DNA of 54,557 bases, the filler included, from Sluysia triapertura (lineage: Eukaryota): the NCBI GenBank assembly GCA_046118255.1. It is 4 parts of 4 records of this genome, joined end to end, with 100 filler letters (N's around TTAATTAATTAA, not from the genome) between each part and the next. Parts side by side here need not be neighbours in the genome. Positions count along the whole stretch, not along the records: positions 23,053 to 39,175 come from JBJNIA010210365.1; 3 more parts are not named here. One strand, written 5' to 3'. Shown in pieces: positions 25,691-39,275 of this stretch (the stretch's first letter is position 1; each line of letters begins with the position of its first letter). A model generated the notes under the pieces. It searched no databases. It was not told where the DNA came from and saw only the letters and a list, made by a program, of their open reading frames with translations. The position numbers were made by a program, and so were the translations under genes.

Positions 25691-25856
25691 TACAAGGAAG
25701 CTATTTTTGTTTGCATCAATCTACGCCAACTGGTCAATGTTCAAAATTTGGTACAAATTGTCGATACTCTCACAGAGTCTACGATTTCAAGTATGATTTC
25801 AATGAACACAACAGTCGTATCAATGCTCGTCTATCGAATTTGGCTGTCGTGCGGGT
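25691..25856 (+). pseudogene. CCCH zinc-finger family copy 2
   Basis: YKEAI-[2-nt shift in T run]-C-LHQSTPTGQ-C-SKFGTN-C-RYS-H-RVYDF, followed by a GTAAAT donor-like site at ~25855. Confidence 0.6.
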
Positions 25857-26589
25857 AAATTTAGTAATTTTACAATGCATTTTATCTTTTTTTGGTACAA
25901 AACAATTTATCATTCATATTTATTTAGATCTAAGACGAGAAACGCGACCGGACACATTCAGATAATATCTAACAAATGTACACTAAAAATTAAATTTCAA
26001 TTATGCTTAATAAAAATAGATCTGTTTAATGCTTATCATTGTTATTGTTTGTCTTTGTTTCAAAAAATTAAATATAATTTGTTTAAAGAAATTTTATAAT
26101 TTTATTAATAGATTTTATTTCTTAACGATATTTATTTTAAAAAAGAGCTCAATTTTTATTAACGAGCCTAATGATTTTATACACAATAAAACAGAACAAA
26201 TTAGACTTTAAAATACCACAGCATTTATTGGCTTTAAAAGAAAGAGAACAAGGAAGTAAAAATAATTTATTAAAAATGAAAGAATGTCAAAAGCGAGAAA
26301 ATTACTTACATCGTCAACAGTTACTTCGTGATTCTAGTAATTTACAGCACAAAGAATTAAAATAAAAATAAATAAAACGATATAATACAACATGAAAAAC
26401 AAGTTTTACGTGACCAATATCGTTCAAAAATGGATTCATTAGAAGCTTAAGAACCTAAATTACTAGAAGTTGAAATGAGTATTCAATTAAAAATTCAGGA
26501 ACAAATTAATGACAACAAATTAATAGAAGAAAAGAAATCAACAACGAAATCGCGAAACCACAGATCTAAGTATCACAGCTCAAAGTGAA

Positions 26590-27005
26590 ATAAATAAAGG
26601 ACAAAGGCGAAATGTTAGTAATAGACAACGTCTATAATTTAAGAATGCTACCATTACTCAACAACAGTCTGCTACTTCAAATATTTGGATCGATGTTTTT
26701 ACTAATTTTCCGCAGCTAATTATTTTAATTATTCATCAGTATATTTATTACTATCTTTATTTAGCTACCATTATTAAATTTATATATGTCGTTGAGCTTG
26801 AAATGGAAACAAATGATCATGCATTAGAATGGAGAGATGTTAGTAAAGTTAGTTCGGGTTGTAAAGGATCCTGTAATAGTCCAATTAAATTCACGCAAAA
26901 GTTTATATTTGATATTCACAAATTTATGATGACAACTGACAAGTCAGAAGAAATTTAGATTAATCCTTTAGAATATTATTTGGTTCCAGCATATCAGGAA
27001 GACAA
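26590..27005 (+). pseudogene. SET/TSPY/NAP-family histone chaperone pseudogene
   Basis: In order: EMLVIDNVYNLRMLPLLN (cf. EILKVEQKYNKLRQPFF), SNIWIDVFTNFPQL (cf. PNFWVTTFVNHPQV), VVELE, and EEI*INPLEYYLVP (cf. DDIWPNPLQYYLVP; Trp TGG to TAG). Not captured by the ORF track. Confidence 0.7.
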
Positions 27006-27342
27006 TGTCCAGTTGCTGAAAGTAAGCTTCATCAACCATCTATTCTCGTCTTTTCACTTCTTAAATCCTCTCTCCCAATATGTTTTAATAGATTCGTCTC
27101 AATGTTTTATTTTATTTCAATAGAGTATAATTTTAATTTAAAATTTTCCTATTCAAAATTCAGTAATTATAAAGATCTAAAGTTTTTAATAAAAATAGAA
27201 TGTGTTTAATAATAGAATCAACAACAAAGTTTTATTTTAATGTTTCAAAATAACTAATTTTTGCTAGACCGTAAAAGGCTAGCTTAACGTTTAAAATAAT
27301 TTACTATAATACAATCTTCTTAACTGATTATAGTACACATTT

Positions 27343-27430
27343 TGTGGTGGTCAACATTATCATTCAAAATTGTAAATACATCACAAAACTTTATAGTTCA
27401 CATTTCTACAACATTAATTACTCTCGATAA
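27343..27430 (+). repeat. TGTGGTGGTCAAC-headed repeat, copy D (short)
   Basis: Head motif at 27343 followed by CA-rich sequence, directly upstream of CCCH copy 3. Confidence 0.4.
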
Positions 27431-27439
27431 TTCTTCATA

Positions 27440-27790
27440 TTCAAGCCAATATAATAGAACAGCGCTTTGCCCATATACTAGTGACATAAATGGTAGATGC
27501 ACAAAATTCGGAGATGCACACGCAGTCAATCAAGTAGTAAATCGTAAAATCGAATATACTTCTCACACAGATCACCTGCTCAGAATTACGAGCTTATTAA
27601 AATGCATTAGAATACCAACTTTAGAAATGTACAACATTGGCTATACTTATTATGATAACGTAATTTTTCTTTGTTACATTAAAGACAATTTAACTTCTAT
27701 TTTCTTTTTAGATAGAAAATCATGGCTAAAAATTTCATTATTAAACATTTTATTATTTGAATTGAATCAATGTCAATTACCTTGCAATTG
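27440..27790 (+). pseudogene. CCCH zinc-finger family copy 3 (third Cys deleted)
   Basis: YNRTAL-C-PYTSDINGR-C-TKFGD-[deletion]-AH. Downstream HTDHLLRIT resembles HIDG..ITG in copy 1. Candidate intron GTAATT..TTTTAG at ~27660-27710. Confidence 0.5.
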
Positions 27791-28327
27791 AATAAATATA
27801 TATAAATCACAGGCGTTTCAGAAAGTCACACACAAAATAAGAAATCATAAGAATTTTATAAGTGTTTTTCGTAAAAAAGAAAATTGTGTTCAGGAATATT
27901 TTAAGAATATCAAAAACTGCAACTATTGATCCTTTATTTTATTGATACTCAGCTGATTAATTCGATTGATTAATTGGTTAAATGCAAGACAATTTATTAG
28001 TTAATTTTATAGGAAACATTTAATCCGACAGTTAATAACTTCATTAGTTTACATTTTTATAAAACACGAATATTATAAAAATTTAATAAAATTCACTGTA
28101 GTGTTCTGCCTATTTTAACCTTAACACACACAACATTAACATCCATTGCACTCTACATTAATATATTATTACTTAAACAAATGATAATCTCTTAATTCAC
28201 ATAATATTATACAATAAATTATAATAAACAGTTACATTCAATTCGTCAATATCGTCCCATACAAATATGTTATTTTAGTATAATTTTTATACTCTTTTCT
28301 TTTACATTTATTATCTATATTAATAAT

Positions 28328-31300
28328 ATGAGAACGTCTAGATCAAGTAAGGATCTAATTAAGTTGATAGAACATGTTAGTTATAAAAAAACTGAAGGAA
28401 GAATGTATCTTATGGATCAGAGATTAGCGTGGATGACAAATACTTCAGAAACTTTCAAAATTAGTAAACCATATCAAAACATTCGTGCTCAACGTATAAG
28501 TCCTGCTAATAAGGATAAAGTTCAATTGCAGTTATTAATGCATACAAATTCTTCATACACATTTCACTTTATACATCCTGACGGTAAAGACGCACAAATT
28601 GCAGCAAGAGATGAAGTAAAAAATTTGTTACAGAAATTATTACCCAAATTTCGTGATAAAGCTCACGCTGAATTAGATAAAAAGAAAAATATATGTTTGA
28701 ATAATCCCCAAATTTCAGATTTGTATAAAGAGTTAGTAGCAAATAAATATTTAAGTAAGGAAGAATTTTGGGCGAAAGTTGAATCCGATTTAGAATTAAA
28801 AGATGATTCTTATAATTATCAAACAAAAGGAATACCAACGTGGTTTCTAACATCAAAAAATGATAAAGTCCAACTTTCTGAAGCAATGATAGATGATATA
28901 TTTTCAGTATATCCTTCTGTTAAAGAAAAATATAATGAATGTGTTCCCAAAAAAATGACCAAAGAAGAATTCTGGAAACAGTTTTATCAATCTCATTATT
29001 ATCATCGTATGCGTACAGAAAATGCTTCTGATATATTTAGTTCATGTATTGAAAAAGATAGAAGTTATATAACTCAAGAGGCGAAGAGATTAAAAGCTAT
29101 AAAAAGTGGATCGATTGATCTTAATATTGAAGAAGTAGAAATATGTAAAGAACCGATAAATAATACTAACAACATAAAGATGGAATTTAATATAGAATCT
29201 GAAGTTTTACATCGTTTCAACAGACATTACCATTTTCTTATACGCCAAATAATGGAAAATAAACGAAAACCATCTGATAATACTAGTTCTGATATAACTA
29301 AAAAGCCAAAGTTAGATGAAAACTTTTACAATTCCGAAGAAGATAAAATTAATGATAAGGTAGATAGTGTTATTGACGGTATTGCTTTTAATACTCAGCA
29401 TGTAAAGAATTTTATGCAAAAAATTTCAGCGCAATCAGTTAAGTAAGTATAAATATTTATATTAAAATGTTAAAATATTTTGAATACACAAAGCATGAAG
29501 TCTTTTGACTTAACAAGTGTTATTAACTTCTTGATTGTATAAATGAGATTTATCTTCGCACCGTAAAACTTAAAATAATTTTCACCAAAATATGTATTTT
29601 GATTTTTCGTTTACTTATATTACTATTCATAGTATATTTATTATGGCCATAGAATTTATACATAATTGGCATATTATGTTGCCTACTGTACCATTTACTC
29701 ACCGCATATGCAGAAATTAATTTATTAAAGATTTGTTATGATATGACCAAGTAATGTATTTAGTATTAATATTAATACTTTCCGCGACAGAAAGTTGTAT
29801 CTTCAAGGTTTACAGTTAAGAGTTCTATAAACTATATTTTGGACAAAAAACCAAACTTTCTTAATTTTAGATTTGTCGTATTTATGAAATTTTTTGGTCA
29901 ATGTAAAATGATTGGAAAACTTACTGCTTACAATTTTACAAATATATACAAATAAATACATTTTATTTTCATTTTTAAAGTCCAGTTATTAAAAATTAGA
30001 CTTATATTATTAAGATATTTTTTTGCTTTCAAGTACTAAAATTATATTAGACTTATATTAAATTAGACTTATATTATTAAGATATTTTTTTGCTTTCAAG
30101 TACTAAAATTATGAATTAAAACATAAGACAGTTGAACACAAATTAAAGATTTTTGGGGAAATGAAACATAAAAACTGCCACTTTTAATCAAAAATTCAGT
30201 AACGGAATTTAAAAGTAAACAAATTAAATGAAATTCGGAATAAGAACATAAATATTCATTGTTAATAAAAGTTTAAGAATTACGGAATTTATTGTTAGGT
30301 AGTTTTAGATTATAGTATTTTAATCATTGAAACTACGCGCAAAAATGAAAAAGAAGTAGGAATAAGAATGACAATGTATAATAATGAGTTCAAGTAATTT
30401 TTTGAGTTATTGGTAATTTTGCATTAATTTCTATAATACTAATAAAAATAGTGTTAATTTGATATAATACAAAGAACTTACACAAATTGAATATCTCTAG
30501 AAGACGGCCATTTGCAGTTTTATTGATAAAAGTGAATAAATGTATGAATTATTTATAATCTTGACTCCAATATTTCTTGATGAGATTTAATAATCAAATT
30601 AAGTGAAAATTATTAGGGAACATTCTATATTTGCGCGTATGTATGGTTAAAAATTGCGACACAAGTTCCTATGTCAAGGTCTTTTTAGGATATTGCGCAG
30701 AGAACCATATTGATTTTTTTGTTATTTTTCTGTTTGATAACTATTTTTTATATTTTCATCGATGAAGCCTACCAGATCTTCCTTTATCAGTAGGTTATGT
30801 TCAGTTGACTGACTTTTGAATATGTGGACCAGATTTATAAACTTATTGGAATTGCTTTTGAATTTCGTTGGCTTTTACTTTTCGTAATTCCAAAAATTAG
30901 ATCACAAATATTGTACTTTTTTATAATAGTAAAGTTGCGTTCCCAAACCTATTTAATAAAAGTAATAATAATAATAAGTACTTAAGTAAGCGCTTAAATA
31001 AGTAATTCAATAAACTATTTTTGAAACAGAAAGAACTTTGCTTTTTTAAATAATTCATAATCTTTCTGTAATTTAACATAAAGGGTATATAACCTATGAT
31101 CTAGCTTATTATGACTGTTTAAATTACTATATCTCAAAGACATTCATTTTGTTATGCGAAGTTTTTATTATTTCCAAGAGATTCAGAACTTTTCTAAGCA
31201 TTTATAAATTATTATAATTTAAAATACATCTTTTATATTATAACTATTTAAACTTGAAATAATATTTAAAAGTAAGGCTAACATTTTGATATTACAATGT

Positions 31301-34300
31301 AAATCACAAAGAAGATATGATTGATTTAGGATCAATCGAAAAAATCATTTACTAATCCAGATGAAATGTACTAGTACAGGACATTAGGAAATTAGAAATA
31401 ATTTCATAAACAAAGAAATGTGATTTACATAATTGTAATAAAATCATAATTATTGTCATCAAATTGTGTTTTAGTAAAAATTAACTGTCAATATTTTCAA
31501 TACGTAATCTATTTGGAATTGGCAGGTTTTCGGTTTTACACTTGGCAGAATTGTTAATGGATAGTAAAACTTTAAATTCAAGACATTTTGAAGGATGCTT
31601 TATTGGTTCTTTTATTTTATGAAGTTTTTAATGCTCCTTTTATTTTTATTTTTAAGTAATTTGAAGCCAGCTTAAGGCCTGGTGAAACTAATATCACTGA
31701 ATTTAATTGGTTAACTAATCCTTTAGAACAAAGAAATAAACAAATCGAACATCAGTTGTATAACACAAATCTAATAATGATATATTGATGTTCTAAAATG
31801 ACGTACATCAAAGCCACTATATTCAGTTCAATAAATAAACACTTTCTTGAAAATTAACTAAACGTGGAGTGTAATATTTAGAAATAGTTAATTTCATCAA
31901 CATAAATTTCTAAGATTTTTAAAATATGTATAAGTACCGCTGGATCTACATGACGTTGGCACAATAACATTTAATAGTTTCTAATAATTCAACATTAGAC
32001 ATTTTACGTAATTGCTGTAAAATAAAATTAAATGCTTTTATTTAATTTTTAACACTAACTATTAGGTTCACGTATATTATATATTAAATAATCAGTTGAA
32101 GTTACATGTATATGTAACATACATAAGTTGTGTTTATAATAAAGTATGTTATTGTTTTCGTCCTAGTCTTTAACTTTTAAATTCTAACCTTTTTGGTTTA
32201 GATAACAATATTGGTATGTAATATGATTTTTTAGTTTTCTCTTTGTGAAATCTCGTGTATTAGTTTAGACAATGATTATGTATGTTACAGCTTAGTCTTT
32301 TTATTAATACATTAGTATATCTTAGGTAATTTAGCTTTATTTAGATTTATTTAGCTTTACTCTTAAGATTTTGCTCTTAAGAACTTTGCTTAATAACTTC
32401 TATATTGAATTTAATTTATCAAATCGTTTATTTTGGTGTGAGTTTAAAACCCGTCTCTGCTGTTTGAAATGGAAGTGCTAATCGAATAACGCGAAGTGTA
32501 TTCTTGTTATTCTAATCTTATCCCCAATATCCGCTACTTGCTTTATAATAAACTAGGTAAACAAATTAATTTGGTTTTTTTAAATCACATGAGCCGGAAA
32601 ACTTTTACATAAATAAACATATTAATCATAATAAGAGTCATTATTTTAAATTAAATATTAATCAATATTAAATATGATTTAATTAATGTTAATTAATTAA
32701 TTTATTTATTTTAAATGAAATAATTTAATTGATAATTCGTAACTTACAAAATATCTTTGATAGCAAAGCGTAACTTAGTCCAGAATAATTGTCAAATCAG
32801 CAAAGTGTTAATACCACTGTTTCACGAAAATATCCATCGCAAATCGTAATTTAATTCTGATTGTCTTAATTCCAATATTTCACCAAAAGATTCGTTGTGA
32901 TTTCATTTCTTTTTTGTTATTCTTTATTATCGCTATTTATACTCTTTTTATAAATTCCAGTTATTAAATCATTCTTTTAATAAAATTTTTAATGTAAAAT
33001 TTTACAAATACTAACTAAAAATTATATGCAAAATTTTCAAAAATTTTCAGTAAGAAATTTGGTATAATTATTATTTATTAGTTTTACACAAAGTTTTTTA
33101 ATTAGAATGAAATCTACTTTACTTAATTTAACGTACACCAGTTACCACATAGAATTTTATTTAGCTACATCCACCAATTCTAAATTTAATTCCCAAATGG
33201 CTCACCATTATTCATTATTCTAATATTGCCACATTAATTTAGGTAGCTCATAATTATTTATTTAGAAAATCATTGTCATTCATTATTTATATTTGATTTT
33301 GTATATCATCACACATTATAGATCAGATATAAATATTTTTATTATCAATAATAGCTTACATTTTATTTAAAACCTCAGAAAGTGTTATCAAACATTCAAT
33401 AAGAGTATATTCAATTCACTCAGACATAACATCATATAACCTATTTTTAAACATTCGAGCGTAACATTTAAGAGTATTATAGTTTCATTTTTGAAACATT
33501 CTATTATTAAGATTCTAATTAAACATTCGAAACATTTCATTAAAGCATTGCATTTTTTATTTTCAAATATTCTAATTGAATATTATAAAGGGTTATACTT
33601 ATTTTAAAATTTACATATTGAGTATCATGTTGATTTATTTTCAAGCATTCTCAATTGAATTTACATTGTTATTTCACAAGCATTCATAATTTATTTTCAA
33701 CAATCAACAACATTTCATTAAAGCATAACAAAGCATTACAATTTTACACAATGATAAACAACTAAATGGTACAGCTTCTAATATATCAATTAAGTCGGAC
33801 ATAAATGGTGGAAATGGTTCAAAACGAAAATCTTCCAATGAATAGCGTTTAAATTGACACTAAATATTTTAAATAATGTTAAAACAAACTTATCTGAATC
33901 TGTTACAACTTTATCCATTCGAATTATTTGATATAATTACTGTTATTTTATTTATTAGTTACATTTTAGCATAAGGTACTGGTGATAACATGGCAAGGTA
34001 TGGAGAATACTCAAAATCTTTTCGTTCATGCTTATCATTTTCTATTATAGATTTAACGATATATAAATTTACTGTGGTAAAATTATCATTATTATAACAT
34101 AAAAATATAATAAGTAATAATAATAAATAATATCATACTTATCTTTGTAAGTAGGATTTTTATGAATAATAAAAAAATAATAATTATAATAAAATAATAT
34201 CTTGTTCTTTCAAATGCCTATGAAGAAGACTCATTTTTTACACAGTTACCACATTCGATTTATATTTATTTTAATTAAATTGTTTTTCATTAACGAATTC

Positions 34301-37300
34301 ATACAACTATCTTTAGTCGTAATTCAATTTGAATTTAGTTTTTTTGTCAATCCTGAAATTGCTTCACTGAGTCAAATTTCGTTATTATTTTTTGAATAAA
34401 ATCTGAATTTTCCAGTGATTCCTGAAATTTTGTTTTTTGATTAATTTACTGCGCATTCTGATGTTTTATTTTGTTCGCAGTTACTTTCATGTTGATTTAT
34501 TCAATAGTAGCTTATATTTATGTAATGGTAGCTTATATGGATTCATTAAAGATTTATCTATAACCACTGTGACTTGTTTACTTAATTTTTTGGTTGTATA
34601 GATGTTTTTAGGGGTTGAATTTACTGGTGATTTTGAGTCGGTTCAATGTCATATGCTTTGGAATTATTTTTTTAGGTAATATCGAAACGAAATTTGATTT
34701 TTGTTTTGTAGCTTCTAAGGAACATTTGCTAAGTTCTCCTCACCTCATTCTTCTTTTCATCTTCACCTTCATTTTTTCTTCATCCTTTTCATGATGATCA
34801 TAATCATTAATTTTTATTGTTGGTTCATCTTTTTTGGTTCATTTGATATTGTATTTTTATCGTTATTTTAAAAAAAATATAATTTCAATTAATTTTGCTT
34901 GATTTCAATTAATTAATTTGATTTTAAACTAGTTTTTATTGGATTCTCAATTTTCGATTCAGGATCATTTCTGATTCTACTATTAATTCCTTTTCTTTTT
35001 GTATGATTATATCCAACTTTGATTATAGATAATTCATTCCGATTTTTCAACACATTGATTAATTTTATTTCTTTAAGAATTAAATGGTTGTAAATTTCAG
35101 ATAATAATTGTAATTGATTTTATGAGACTTAAATGTTTCTATTAAAAGATATCTTTCTTCAAACGTTTTTATGTTTTGATTTATAAACATTTAATTGTCC
35201 ATCAAGTTTACATGAAAAATAAGTTCTTTTAATTGATATGCATGCATATTTAGCAAACTTTAGAGGATCATTAATCTGAAATCCGTACACAAAAGCGACT
35301 ATATTGCCTATTCTAGTGATGCAATTGAATGTTTTGAAATAATATAAATTAGATGTTATTTTGGTAATATGAAAAATAAGATGATAGAAGGATAGCGTTA
35401 TAGTATAGTATTATAGTTATAGTTATAGTATTATAACAATAATATAATACTAATAATAATAATAATGATAATGATAATAATAATAATAATTTAAACAATG
35501 CCGCAGTAATAACAATTTTAGTAATAATGTCAAATTTCAGTTTATACGTGTATGTATTATCATTATTATGACTGTTATTGTGAATATGTTGAATTTTCAT
35601 TGTTATATCGTGTGAAGATTGCTTCTGTTTTATGCATGTTATTTGTTGATTTGATATTTTGCGCTAGATTGTATTTAATATTCTCGGATTATGTTGATAT
35701 TTGTCTCTTGTTATGCTTTTGAGCTCACCACACCATTTATGCATTTTATTTTCAGAAATATAATTTTTTTAAATAGTGTTTTAAATAAAAGGTTTGCGGA
35801 TATTATGAATATGAATTTTGAGTATTCTGTAGAAGTTGCTATTGAATATTTGCAGCCTGTATCCTAAAAATAGATTCATCAGATAAACCAAACCTCCAAA
35901 CAACATATTGACTCGATCAAAAAAGAACACGACAAAACGGAATATTCCTTAAATAAAAAGTATGATATTCTTAGTAATCAAGAGGTAATAGTTGTGTAGG
36001 TTTTTACACCGAATGGCCCACCTACGGTAATCATTTTTAATGAATATTTTTATATTATATTACGTATAGATATTTTAATAAGTGACAAAAATAAATGTGT
36101 TCATATTTCCTTTATATTTCTTACATTTTATTAAAGAAAAATAGATATGATAAGAGTTTTATTTTACAATTTTTATGAAAGCTTCAATTACGCTTCATTC
36201 GTTTAATAAGTAGATGTAAGTAATAAAAAATACTAAATTAAGAAGATAAATAAATAAATTGAGATCGAATGTCAAATTTGTTTATCAGAAAATAATTAAA
36301 ATAATACATATTTTTAGTTTGTGTTTTGAATACTGTACCTTTTAAATTGCTGTTACAAAATTTTATAGTGCAAAGTTTAATAATTTTTAAATAAGGATTT
36401 ATTGCAAATATTTATAAATTATGATAGTAGCCACACTTTATTAAAGAATTTATTAAATAAATTTTCGAATATATTTGACATTTATTTGTTATCTCGAAAT
36501 AAATATTACAAATATGTATTAAATTTTGTTTTTTATTTCAATGTCGTTATTTTGACAATATTTAATCAATAATTGTTTCTAAAATATTTTAATTATTTAC
36601 TCGATAATTTTACTAGGATCATAATTATAATCATGAACTCGCTTGTATTCACTTATCATAGTTATAAACAATTTCTGATTTAACAATATTTCTACCAAGA
36701 GTGTCAAGAGACACCTTTGAACATTTTAATTGGAAATTATTTTCTAAGTTTAACCATCTTTCTCAATTCGTGTTTCGACTTTTCGGTATAATTTTCCTTT
36801 AGCTCATCCTAGATTTAGACATACGTACCTGGTATACAAATCGTGGTAGAAATAATGTTTAATATGTTCTGCGGTTGTCATTAGTGACCCATTAATTTTC
36901 TATGGTTAATGTTTCATATAATTAATTTCAATTTACCAATTTATTTCATATAATCTTATCGGTGTTACTGATAATATGGCTAATTTTTTCTAAATAGTAG
37001 TTAACTTTATTTTCTGTTTTAATTTTGGCAAAATAATTTATTTATGTTCAGCCGTCTTATATTAGTTTGTTTGTGTGCGTGTTAATGTTAGTTTTTTCAT
37101 TTCTACAATTTCTTGTTTAATTTGTGGCCTTTTTGCTAATTAAATGTGATACTCTTTAATGTATATTTTATTTATTTTCTTTTACGAAACCATTTTTTAA
37201 TATTTGGAAATTTTTCGATAAATTTTATTCTGATTAAATTCTAAATTTATCGGGATTGAAGGTTATAATTTCACTTGAGTTCCAGTTTCATTTTTCTTTT

Positions 37301-38314
37301 GGTAAATTATATTATTTACTAAATTATTTTATTTTATTAGTTTATTTGCGGTCTCAGAAATAAAAATTATCCAAGTATAAAAATTAATTAAAAAATTCTT
37401 TTTAATTTAATTCGAATGTTAAAAATGTGCCTCATTTTCTTAGAGCTGCATTTCCTACTTGAATAATAAAATTTTATTATTTATAATGTAAATAATCAAA
37501 TGACTTGGAAATTACTAGAAAGTTCCTGATTAACTTATGACAATATACTAATTAAAGTGTTAGCTGGTGATTTTCCGAATTTGATCGGAATTATACTGTT
37601 TTTAAACTGTTTATTAATAAAATTATTATTTTTCATTTTTATTTCAGCAAGTCGCATCGTAATATTTTGAATACTACAAGCATTCGTAAACATAGAATGA
37701 AATTACAGCATATTAAACAAAATTTCGAGTCTCGTTCACATCATGGAAATCCACAATCTTTAACTCATGCATCATGCACCGCGGCTGATGTTCTTACACA
37801 AATTGGCTATTGTTTATCGAGTAGTGGTGGTCTTAGCAGTAATAATCTCATTGCAACAGCCTTAACTAATGATTCATCTTCAGTTAACATTAACAATTCA
37901 AAATCGTCAGCTCCTTCATTACCACAAGATGTTCAAAATCAACTAACTCGAATTTATTACGAGTGTTTCGAGTTAACTCGACATTATTGGTTGTGCTTTC
38001 CTGTATCTACTTCAGAACAGTTTAATAAATTAGCTCGTATGGCAAAATCGGTCAAAAATTTTGGTCAAAGTCGTGTCAAACAATTTCAGCAGAGCAATGC
38101 TCATGCTTTAATGCAAGTAACAAATCGTTCAAGACGAAATACTCATACACTGAATGCTGCATCTTCATCAGAAATGAAAGCAGAAGATTCAATAAGTCTT
38201 GATCCTACTAATCATTTGATAGCTATGATAGATCGAGTAGATGCCAGTTGGCAGCATTTTCTGCGCTCTCATCAATATGCTACTCAAGAATTAAACGGCT
38301 TTTCTGTGAATTAA
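28328..38314 (+). CDS. GTF2H1: TFIIH subunit p62 (PH domain + BSD domains), exons 28328-29442 and 37648-38314, ~593 aa
   Basis: Exon 1 has the PH motif QRISPANKDKVQLQL and BSD motifs LYKELV..LSKEEFW, IFSVYPSVK and EFWKQFYQSHYYHR. Exon 2 has ELTRHYWLCFPV (cf. ELLRHFWSCFPV). Donor AA|GTAAGT at 29443 and acceptor TTTCAG| at 37647 are phase-compatible (AA+C). Confidence 0.92.
29992..30113. repeat. Local tandem duplication (~53 bp x2 plus a partial unit) in the GTF2H1 intron
   Basis: AATTAGACTTATATTATTAAGATATTTTTTTGCTTTCAAGTACTAAAATTAT occurs twice. Confidence 0.9.
35690..36900 (-). mobile_element. Weak LTR-retrotransposon remnants within the GTF2H1 intron
   Basis: DTGCKYSI (aspartic protease-like, ~35840-35865) and IPKVE..ELRKMVKL..FPI (RT N-terminus-like, ~36730-36795). 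The order is inconsistent with a single element. Confidence 0.28.
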
Positions 38315-39078
38315 TTGCACTTAATATATATTGTTTCTAATCTTACAAATTATTCTAGATTTATATCACTTAAAATCAATAAACATGCCAAATTACGATT
38401 ATGGAGATAATAAATTAGATGGAGTATGAATATGTAACATATTTGGTAAATAGTTTTATATCATTTTCAGTAATATGAAGCAGAATTAATAAAATTAATA
38501 TTTGTAATTGTCAATATTCAAAATATGATAAATTAATTCATATTACGTTGGAAGAATTTCAATTTCTGAAAGATAAGAATCTACAAGAAAGATATGACAT
38601 ATATAATAAAGTGGAAGTTGGGATATATAAAAATAAATACGTTAAAATCATGCGTAGAGATATTAAAGCAGAAGGAATTAGTTACACAGTGCAAGATGGA
38701 AAGAGTGAATACAAAGTCAAAGTTTACGAACTACAATCGAAAGTAACTTAGTAATTATTATCTTGTGAAAGCAAAATGAGTAGTTAAGTTCCCTGATTTG
38801 ATATAAATATAAAAAAATAAATATAACATGCCTTAATGTGTGAAGTTATGAAGAATTAGTTACATTAATCAAATTTAGACACTCATTTGTATATTACATA
38901 ATGTAGACGTTAATTAAAAATATATTGATATGGATTTTTTAAATTGATGAAAAACATTACATGGAAATGGAAAAAGAAATCTCTAATTATTCTAGTACAG
39001 ATTTTTATAATAATTTACGTCATTACGATAATTTTGAATAAGTATGATCATTACATTTTGAATTTCTCTATTACACAT

Positions 39079-39175
39079 TTTTCATTTGATGCTTACTTAA
39101 ACGATGTCATAATTGCTAATACAATGGAATCGTCAGGTCAACCTGGTCGAGTACACATTTCACAAGCAGTTTACG
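39079..39175 (+). pseudogene. Adenylyl cyclase catalytic-domain fragment, cut by the contig end
   Basis: FSFDAYLNDVIIANTMESSGQPGRVHISQAVY matches class III cyclase C1a FDVWSNDVTLANxMExGGxPGRVHIS. The preceding G.HSG...GVLG motif is not seen. It could also be a genuine exon. Confidence 0.65.
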
Positions 39176-39275
39176 NNNNNNNNNNNNNNNNNNNNNNNNN
39201 NNNNNNNNNNNNNNNNNNNTTAATTAATTAANNNNNNNNNNNNNNNNNNNNNNNNNNNNNNNNNNNNNNNNNNNN
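39176..39275. other. Artificial contig-joining spacer
   Basis: 44 N + TTAATTAATTAA + 44 N. Confidence 0.97.

Noticed and set aside
26941-26960. TAG at a conserved Trp as evidence of an alternative genetic code
   Set aside because: The locus also has frameshifts; intact genes use TGG for Trp, end in TGA or TAA, and have no in-frame stops.
28569-28886. 105-aa minus-strand ORF
   Set aside because: Antisense shadow of GTF2H1 exon 1.
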